Under the pieces are notes generated by a model. The model was given only the letters and a program-made list of their open reading frames with translations. It made no database searches and was not told the origin of the DNA. Below are positions 57,573 to 64,000 of a DNA stretch of 64,000 nucleotides, piece by piece. Position 1 is the first letter of the stretch. The number at the start of each line of letters is the position of its first letter. Source of the stretch: Dehalococcoidia bacterium (GTDB taxonomy: Bacteria > Chloroflexota > Dehalococcoidia > GIF9 > AB-539-J10); assembly GCA_030610855.1 (NCBI GenBank), contig JAUWQY010000001.1, forward strand, positions 1,628 through 65,627, read 5' to 3'. The translations under genes and the position numbers were made by a program.

Positions 57573-60038
57573 TTACGCGGCCTCGGTGACCAGGGGTTTT
57601 ATTACAATGCCCTCCTCGGTGCAATCCACCACCACCTTGTCTCCAGGCCGGAATTCGCCGCGAAGCAAAGCCTCGGAGAGCCGGTCCTCAACCAGAGTTT
57701 GGATGGCACGGCGCAAGGGGCGGGCTCCAAAAACAGGGTCATACCCCTTGTTGCCTATAAAATCCTTGGCTTCGGCAGTGATTTCCAAAGTAATATTCTT
57801 CTCCTTAAGCGAAGCAACAACCTGGTCGAGCATCAGGTCAACAATCTGGCGGATATGCTCTTTGCTTAAAGCGTGAAACACAACCGTGGCATCGAGACGG
57901 TTAAGGAACTCGGGTCGGAATCTTCGCTCGTTCTTCATCTTCTCGAGCACTTTCTCCTTCATTTTCTCGTACTCCACGTGCTGTTTTCCCTCGCCATCAA
58001 TGTGGGCAGCAAAACCGAGGGTCATATCACGCTTGATGAGCTCGGCACCGACATTGCTGGTCATGACTATGATGGTATTACGAAAATCAACTCTTCGCCC
58101 CTTGGCATCGGTCAAATGGCCATCATCGAAAATCTGGAGCAGGATATTGAATACATTTTCATGAGCCTTTTCAATTTCATCGAGGAGAATAGCACAATAG
58201 GACTTCCGTCTCACTGCCTCGGTCAGTTGCCCGCCTTCCTCATAACCGATATAACCCGGCGGTGCTCCCACCAAGCGAGCTACATTGTGAGGCTCCATAA
58301 ACTCCGACATGTCGAGTCTGACTAAGGCATCTTCACTACCAAACATGAACTCGGCCAGAGCCCTTACCAGTTCAGTTTTGCCCACACCGGTAGGGCCCAG
58401 AAAGATGAAGGCACCAATGGGCCGTCTCGGGTCCTTCAACCCGGCGCGAGCCCTTCTTACCGCCTTAGCCACAGTATCTATGGCCTCATCCTGGCCGATG
58501 ATGCGGCGATGCAAAGCCTCCTCCATGTGCAGAAGCCGACTGGTTTCATCGGTCGTCAGCGTCACCACAGGTATGCCCGTCCACATACTGACTACCTCGG
58601 CAATATCCTCTGATGTAACCACGGGTCGGCCTTGTTTCTGCCTGACCTGCCATCCCTTGTCCATGGTCTCGATCTTCTCCAGTAGTTGAAGCTCACGGTC
58701 ACGGAGCTCGCTTGAGTGCTCATACTGCTGAGCCGCTATAGCCGCCTCCTTTTCCTTCCGTACACTCTCCAAATCCCGTCTTGCCTCAGCCAAGCCAATA
58801 GGTGGACTGCCCCGCTTGATGCGCACTCGAGAGCTGGCTTCGTCCACTAGATCGATAGCCTTATCAGGCAGAAAGCGGTCGGCAATATATCTGGTGGCCA
58901 GTGGGGCAGCTGCCTCCAGGGCTTCGTCGCTTATGTCCAGTTGATGGAATTCCTCATATCTATGTTTGATGCCGCGCAGTATGGCCAGAGTCTCTTCCGT
59001 AGTAGGTTCAGCGACCAAGACAGGCTGAAACCGCCGCTCCAAAGCCGGGTCTTTCTCTACGTATTTGCGGTAGTCATCCAGAGTAGTGGCACCAATACAT
59101 TGTATCTCGCCCCGCGACAACGAAGGCTTCAGTATATTGGCGGCGTCAACCGCGCCCTCAGCTGCTCCGGCACCGACGATAGTCTGCATTTCGTCTATAA
59201 ACAGGATGCAATTACCGGCAGCCTTCTCTTCATCAATAACCCTCTTTAGCCTTTCCTCAAATTCACCACGATACTTCGTTCCCGCCACTAGGGCACCTAT
59301 GTCTAATGCCACAATCCTCTTGCCCTGCAGCACCTCGGGCACTTCTCCGGCTATTATGCGCTGGGCCAACCCTTCAATAATAGCTGTTTTGCCTACACCT
59401 GGTTCGCCGATAAGGGCAGGGTTGTTCTTAGTGCGACGACTTAGTATCTGGATAACTCGTTCAATCTCCTTGTGACGCCCAACAACAGGGTCAAGTTTAT
59501 CCGCCCGGGCCAGAGCAGTCAGATCGGTGCCAAGTTGATCCAGTGTTGGCGTGCGGCTGGCGACGCGACCTGCGGTTCGCGTTCGCATGGACTCCTGCCT
59601 GACAACTCGGCTGACCTCCTCACGTGTTCGTTCAAGGGTAATACTCAAACTCTCCAATACACTGAAAGCCACGCCTTCGCTTTCACGCAGCAACCCGAGC
59701 AGAAGGTGCTCAACACCTATATAGTTGGAATTGAGACGGCGTGCTTCATCAACAGCAAACTCGATCGTTCTCTTCGCTCGACGAGCAAGGTCAACGTCTC
59801 CGCTGGTAGCGCGACGCTCTCCCTTTCCAATCAGAAATTCCACAGCCGCCTGTATCTTGCTCATCGAAACACCCAGATTACTCAGCACTCTGGCTGCAAC
59901 CCCTGACTCCTCCCCCGCTATCCCCAGTAGTATATGTTCGGTATCGATGTAGCTGTGACCCAGGCGCTGCGCCTCTCCTTGAGCTCGAGTCAAAACCCTG
60001 CGAGCCCCTTCGGAAAACCTCTCAAATCCCGTGCTCAT
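57573..60038 (-). CDS. clpC: ATP-dependent Clp protease ATP-binding subunit ClpC
   Basis: Double Clp-N repeats, two AAA+ modules ([16 protein letters not shown]) and a UVR-like linker. Confidence 0.9.
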   Translation of the reverse strand: MSTGFERFSEGARRVLTRAQGEAQRLGHSYIDTEHILLGIAGEESGVAARVLSNLGVSMSKIQAAVEFLIGKGERRATSGDVDLARRAKRTIEFAVDEARRLNSNYIGVEHLLLGLLRESEGVAFSVLESLSITLERTREEVSRVVRQESMRTRTAGRVASRTPTLDQLGTDLTALARADKLDPVVGRHKEIERVIQILSRRTKNNPALIGEPGVGKTAIIEGLAQRIIAGEVPEVLQGKRIVALDIGALVAGTKYRGEFEERLKRVIDEEKAAGNCILFIDEMQTIVGAGAAEGAVDAANILKPSLSRGEIQCIGATTLDDYRKYVEKDPALERRFQPVLVAEPTTEETLAILRGIKHRYEEFHQLDISDEALEAAAPLATRYIADRFLPDKAIDLVDEASSRVRIKRGSPPIGLAEARRDLESVRKEKEAAIAAQQYEHSSELRDRELQLLEKIETMDKGWQVRQKQGRPVVTSEDIAEVVSMWTGIPVVTLTTDETSRLLHMEEALHRRIIGQDEAIDTVAKAVRRARAGLKDPRRPIGAFIFLGPTGVGKTELVRALAEFMFGSEDALVRLDMSEFMEPHNVARLVGAPPGYIGYEEGGQLTEAVRRKSYCAILLDEIEKAHENVFNILLQIFDDGHLTDAKGRRVDFRNTIIVMTSNVGAELIKRDMTLGFAAHIDGEGKQHVEYEKMKEKVLEKMKNERRFRPEFLNRLDATVVFHALSKEHIRQIVDLMLDQVVASLKEKNITLEITAEAKDFIGNKGYDPVFGARPLRRAIQTLVEDRLSEALLRGEFRPGDKVVVDCTEEGIVIKPLVTEAA

Positions 60039-60168
60039 TTCAGCTTTCGCTCCACTTCACGCTAGAGTATAGAGCATACCGCTCTTCTAGTCAACAATCT
60101 TAGCTTACTTGAAGTAAGCCGCAGAGTAGTAATATAATACCACGTAATCGTCCTGAAAGGCTAGTGAA

Positions 60169-60723
60169 ATGTGGGTTACCGGTGGTACAGCAAAGGGAAC
60201 GCGGCTAAAAACCTTGGCCGGGCGCTCCATCAGACCTACTACCAGCGTGGTGAGGCACGCCATATTCTCTCTCTTGGAGAACAGAGCTACTGATTGGCGG
60301 CGGGTTTTGGACCTGTATGCTGGCAGCGGTGCTCTGGGCATCGAAGCTCTAAGCCGTCGGGCAGAATGGGTCGATTTCGTTGACCACAGGAAGAGCTGCT
60401 GTGACATTATCAGGACCAACCTGGCAAAGATAGGGGAGCTACACCGGGCCCACGTTTATTGCTGCAGTGTGAGCAGAGCAATCGCCTTCCTCAGCAATCA
60501 TTATGACGTTGTATTCCTGGATCCGCCTTACTCCGATTCGTCGGCAGGCAATTCACTAATGAGCCTGGCCGAGTCGGACCTGCTGGGGGAAAATGCTACA
60601 ATCGTGCTTTGTCACGCAAACCGGTTTCCCCTGGAGGCTAACTATGATGGACTCCATCTGGTTAGGCAACGCCGCTATGGTGATACTTTCATCTTCATAT
60701 ACCACAAGGAGGTTCAGCTATGA
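60169..60723 (+). CDS. rsmD: 16S rRNA (guanine966-N2)-methyltransferase
   Basis: VLDLYAGSGALGIEALSR SAM motif and DPPY motif. TATAAT hexamer at 60135-60140 upstream. Confidence 0.85.
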   Translation: MWVTGGTAKGTRLKTLAGRSIRPTTSVVRHAIFSLLENRATDWRRVLDLYAGSGALGIEALSRRAEWVDFVDHRKSCCDIIRTNLAKIGELHRAHVYCCSVSRAIAFLSNHYDVVFLDPPYSDSSAGNSLMSLAESDLLGENATIVLCHANRFPLEANYDGLHLVRQRRYGDTFIFIYHKEVQL

Positions 60724-61232
60724 CCGTAGCAGTCTATCCTGGCACCTTTGATCCTCTTACGTGTGGGCACGTGGACATTATCGAGCGAACGGCAGCCCTC
60801 ATCGACAAGCTGATCATCGGTATCTACGAGAATCCTGGTAAGAAGCCGCTTTTCTCACTGGAGCAAAGGGTAAGGTTAGTAGAAGAGGCGGTAAGTGGCC
60901 TGTCTAACGTCCAGGTCAGGCCTTTCAAGGGACTGACCGTGGATTTCATACACCAGACAGGAGGAAGGATTATGATTCGTGGTTTAAGGGCAAACTCTGA
61001 TTTCGAACGGGAATTCGAGATGGCGTTGATGAACAGAAAGCTCGCGCCTGACATCGAGCTGCTCTGCTTGATGACCAGTTCTCAATATCAGTTTCTTAGC
61101 TCATCCCTGATTAAGGAGGTAGCTAAGTTAGGAGGTTGTCTTGAAGGGATGGTTCCCGACCACGTGGCTGTAGCTCTGAAGGAGAAGGTTTCCCTGCCTA
61201 TTGAGCTCGCCCCTGGTAAAGACGAGGCGTAA
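60720..61232 (+). CDS. coaD: phosphopantetheine adenylyltransferase
   Basis: YPGTFDPLTCGH motif. ATGA overlap with rsmD. Confidence 0.9.
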   Translation: MTVAVYPGTFDPLTCGHVDIIERTAALIDKLIIGIYENPGKKPLFSLEQRVRLVEEAVSGLSNVQVRPFKGLTVDFIHQTGGRIMIRGLRANSDFEREFEMALMNRKLAPDIELLCLMTSSQYQFLSSSLIKEVAKLGGCLEGMVPDHVAVALKEKVSLPIELAPGKDEA

Positions 61233-61267
61233 AATCAAGAGCTAAATATAAAGGAGGCAATAGAAGG

Positions 61268-61534
61268 ATGGCATATAAAATCACAGACGAGTGCATCAGC
61301 TGTGGCGCCTGCGAACCGGAGTGTAAGAATGAGGCTATAAGTGAGGGAGAAGAACTCTGTGTTATCGACGCTGACAGATGTACTGAATGTGTCGGCTGGT
61401 TTGATACACAGAAGTGCGCAGAGGTTTGCCCTGTGGATGCTTGCATTACTGACCCTGGTCATAAGGAAACACGGGACCAGTTGCTGGCGAAATGGCACAA
61501 GCTATATCCTGGCCAGACTCCGGCTGCCACTTGA
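61268..61534 (+). CDS. 2x[4Fe-4S] ferredoxin
   Basis: CISCGACEPEC and CTECVGWFDTQKCAEVCP. Confidence 0.85.
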   Translation: MAYKITDECISCGACEPECKNEAISEGEELCVIDADRCTECVGWFDTQKCAEVCPVDACITDPGHKETRDQLLAKWHKLYPGQTPAAT

Positions 61535-61699
61535 GATAGGGTGTTTCAAACACGTGAGGAAGAGGACTTCGCTTGGCGACCCTTGCACCGTGAGCCGATG
61601 GGAAGGGGTGGGCTAAACTGCTATTGAGCACCGCTTTTCTGCAACAAGCTTCGGCCTGACCTGCCGAGAAGCTAATCACAAATAGCTGACAATCATCTC

Positions 61700-62695
61700 T
61701 CAGCGAGACGCTGTCTGGCTTATGTACAGGGGACCACTTTTCAGGTGATTCAGAAGTGAGAGCTCGCTGTAGGATCGTATGGCGACATAACAACCACCGC
61801 AGCGATTAGTTCGCGAGAAATCCCTCATCATCTCTTTTCGGCTGGAGTACTCGCTGCGGTGCAGTGAACACGGGACCAACCTTCCATTAGGCATGATGAT
61901 AAGAAATCTTGTACCTGCTTTGCAATTCGGCATGTATCCTCGTTCAAAGAATTTTGCGGTGTTTCTGAGCACGACAGCCGAGTTAACTATGCTGGCGCCC
62001 TGCTTTTTCATTGCTATGAGTTCGCTAATGGCTTGCCGCAGGATTTCCAGATCCTCTCCATCATTTATGCAGTAGCCTGTTTCGTTTGTGCGCAGCGCGG
62101 TGTATGCGCTATACGATATGGATACATTCCACTCGGCAGCCTTCCTTACCAGAGGTAGCATATCCCTCAGGTTGGCTCGGGTTATAGCCGTGTTGAGGAC
62201 AATATCCCGGAAACCAAGATTCGCCAGCCGGGGAAGGGTCTGCTCCAAACGCTTGTATAGACCTGGCCGTCGCCGAAACTCATCATGCCGCTCATCAGGG
62301 AAGTCAAGTGACACGGAGAATTGATTCACCCCTGCTTCACGCAGTTGCAGGTAGTTGCTCTCGTTCAACAACACTCCATTCGTAACGAGTATCACGTGCG
62401 GTACCCCGGCGGATTGCTTGATAGCCTTGACTATGGCTGCTATATCCTTGCGTAGAAGTGGCTCACCGCCGGAAATCTGCGCTACAAGCGGCTTGAGGCT
62501 CCGAGTCAAGTCTGCATACTCCTCCGGTCCAATCTGCGTTTCATCCTCTATGAACCCCCCAAGGTCACAATGACGGCAATTGCAGTTGCAGGAAAGCGTT
62601 ACCTCGTAAGAGACGACCATGGTGCGATTAGTTACATAGGTATCGACACCCTTCTTAATAAGCTTGACCGTGTCATGCAGAGAACGACTTGCCAT
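61700..62695 (-). CDS. radical SAM protein with C-terminal SPASM/twitch-like Cys cluster
   Basis: CNCNCRHC CxxxCxxC and GGEPLL motifs. C-terminal cysteines (CKAG...PCSLH...CGGCYVA). Confidence 0.8.
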   Translation of the reverse strand: MASRSLHDTVKLIKKGVDTYVTNRTMVVSYEVTLSCNCNCRHCDLGGFIEDETQIGPEEYADLTRSLKPLVAQISGGEPLLRKDIAAIVKAIKQSAGVPHVILVTNGVLLNESNYLQLREAGVNQFSVSLDFPDERHDEFRRRPGLYKRLEQTLPRLANLGFRDIVLNTAITRANLRDMLPLVRKAAEWNVSISYSAYTALRTNETGYCINDGEDLEILRQAISELIAMKKQGASIVNSAVVLRNTAKFFERGYMPNCKAGTRFLIIMPNGRLVPCSLHRSEYSSRKEMMRDFSRTNRCGGCYVAIRSYSELSLLNHLKSGPLYISQTASR

Positions 62696-62706
62696 TTGTT
62701 ATCCCC

Positions 62707-63663
62707 CTATTTGAAACCGACCATTGTGCAATTGTCCAGTCTTGAGGAGTATGCCAGCATCATCCTGTTCATACCTCTACCCAGAATAGAGCCAGGGCCG
62801 AATAAACCCCTTAAAGGCTCATACAGCCTGAGATATTTCAGTATCGGAATAAACAGCATCAACAAGCTTATGGATTCCTTATAGGATACAGGAGATATGT
62901 CCCTGAATCCAGTCTTCTGCAGAACGGTAGTGAGAGTTCTCGTAGTAAACTGGTTGAGATGTAACATCCTTATGTTCCACCATCTTCTTCCCAAGATTCT
63001 CGCCGGCACCCCCTTGATATCCGGGGTCGACAGTGCCAGCAACCCCCCTGGCTTCAGTATTCTGTGAACCTCTCCCAGCATTATTAGAGGGTATGGCACA
63101 TGCTCCAGAACTTGCCACAGAGTAACTACATCAAAACAGTTCTCGGGAAACCGTAGTTCCTCAAAGGGCCTTGCTTCCACATCGAGGCCGAATTCCCTTC
63201 TCGCATATTCCACCGCATCCTGTGATAATTCGACGCCTTTGGTAGCATAACCGGCTCTCGAGGCGTTGAAGAGAAAGAAGCCCTCACCACAGCCTATATC
63301 CAGCAGATACGCTCCACTCTTATGCTGCTCAATCAACCTCACCTGTGCTTGGGAAGCGGTCAAGCGAATTCCCCGGATAATGGAGGCATCGACGCTCTTT
63401 CTCTGAGAGTACGCTTTATTGATTTCGCCTGCCTTCTCTATAGGATTGACGTATATCAGTTGACAATTCCGACATCTGACATGCCTTCCCCACTTCCTCC
63501 CAGGGATCATATATACGGTCTCCACCACTTCTCCGAAATCTCCGGCCTTCATATTAGACTCAAAGAGCACTTCATAATCGTTCTGCCCGCAGCAGGGGCA
63601 GTTGCGGTACTCAAAAAGCGAATCCATCTCTATCCAGCTCTCAGAGGCGTTGAGCTTTTGCAT
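62707..63663 (-). CDS. class I SAM-dependent methyltransferase with N-terminal Cys4 zinc ribbon
   Basis: LLDIGCGEGFF motif I. CPCCG...CRNC upstream of the methyltransferase fold. Confidence 0.8.
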   Translation of the reverse strand: MQKLNASESWIEMDSLFEYRNCPCCGQNDYEVLFESNMKAGDFGEVVETVYMIPGRKWGRHVRCRNCQLIYVNPIEKAGEINKAYSQRKSVDASIIRGIRLTASQAQVRLIEQHKSGAYLLDIGCGEGFFLFNASRAGYATKGVELSQDAVEYARREFGLDVEARPFEELRFPENCFDVVTLWQVLEHVPYPLIMLGEVHRILKPGGLLALSTPDIKGVPARILGRRWWNIRMLHLNQFTTRTLTTVLQKTGFRDISPVSYKESISLLMLFIPILKYLRLYEPLRGLFGPGSILGRGMNRMMLAYSSRLDNCTMVGFK

Positions 63664-64000
63664 GAGCGGCAGCCACGGCCTCGAGAAGATGATAACGAAA
63701 TGCCCCCTTCTCTAACTGAAGAAGAGCTTCGGTAGTTGTTCCTCCTGGCGAAGTAACCATGTTCTTCAGTTCGGCGGGATGCTTCCCCATCGTCTCAACA
63801 GCACAGGCAGAGCCGATCACAGTTTGTAACACCACTTCCTGAGCTATAGACCGGGGCAAGCCGATGTGCACACCAGCATCGATGAATGCCTCGATAAAGA
63901 GAAAGACATAAGCTGCACCACTGCCGCCTAATGCAGTGACCATATCCAGATATTTCTCGTCAGCAACATAAATCTCTTTGCCCAAAGCACCCAGTACAGT
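63641..64000 (-). CDS. proC: pyrroline-5-carboxylate reductase, C-terminal part (gene continues past window end)
   Basis: SPGGTTTEALLQLE dimerisation-domain motif. Confidence 0.7.
   Translation of the reverse strand, partial: TVLGALGKEIYVADEKYLDMVTALGGSGAAYVFLFIEAFIDAGVHIGLPRSIAQEVVLQTVIGSACAVETMGKHPAELKNMVTSPGGTTTEALLQLEKGAFRYHLLEAVAAAHAKAQRL

Noticed and set aside
1-64000. tRNA, rRNA, tmRNA, RNase P, SRP RNA genes and mobile elements
   Set aside because: No T-loop-like GGTTCGAATCC-type sequences, rRNA-like stretches or RNase P/SRP/tmRNA signature sequences seen in any intergenic region. No transposase, integrase or recombinase ORFs. Absence is based on reading only.

Overview
This 64-kb window is chromosomal DNA at about 55% GC with both strands densely coded. 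The gene content suggests an anaerobe, possibly a Chloroflexota (Dehalococcoidia-like) lineage, but that taxonomic guess is weak and rests only on: gatCA, an archaeal-type ApgM, a PurS-PurL fusion, NifX-like/MinD-ferredoxin/DUF5320 genes and a presenilin homologue. Most of the window is housekeeping: def, gatC/gatA, apgM, ftsK, RNase J, UDG family 4, pmbA, relA, rpsT, ilvE, purQ, purSL, glnA, pyrF, tldD, hisS, gyrB, nadD, obg, dnaA, fmt, coaE, ispF/ispD, radA, clpC, rsmD, coaD, a ferredoxin and the proC 3' end. dnaA lies next to a short AT-rich stretch that is a candidate oriC element. I found no tRNA, rRNA, CRISPR array, transposase or integrase. Three parts stand out. (1) A 6.5-kb envelope/accessory-like block at 27.3-33.6 kb holds an ECF sigma factor, an S8 subtilase, a 815-aa GEVED/MBG/CARDB surface protein and a presenilin-like GxGD intramembrane protease. 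The first three of these are flanked by unusual GGTACT hexamer repeats and repeat-rich intergenic DNA. (2) An 8.3-kb strictly co-directional array (45.6-53.9 kb, minus strand) carries about 18 small genes: DUF134 regulator, 3 NifX-like, 2 MinD/ParA-type ATPases with inserted 4Fe-4S ferredoxin domains, 4-5 FmdB zinc-ribbon proteins, 4 DUF5320-type Gly/Arg/Met-rich coiled-coil proteins, together with an IscU-type scaffold, Mrp/ApbC and a radical SAM enzyme. It includes Rosetta-stone fusions (NifX-DUF5320, DUF5320-zinc ribbon) and a split or frameshifted DUF5320 copy. This looks like an uncharacterised Fe-S/metal-cofactor handling system and is the most interesting thing here. (3) At the left edge an ArsR-family regulator is translationally coupled to a His/Cys-rich DUF5320-like mini-protein and an ABC ATPase. 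I also saw several short sequence families: TGCTATAAT extended -10 boxes, CAGGATT repeats and GTCCCGAT palindrome arms. Two small membrane ORFs fall below the ORF-track cutoff.
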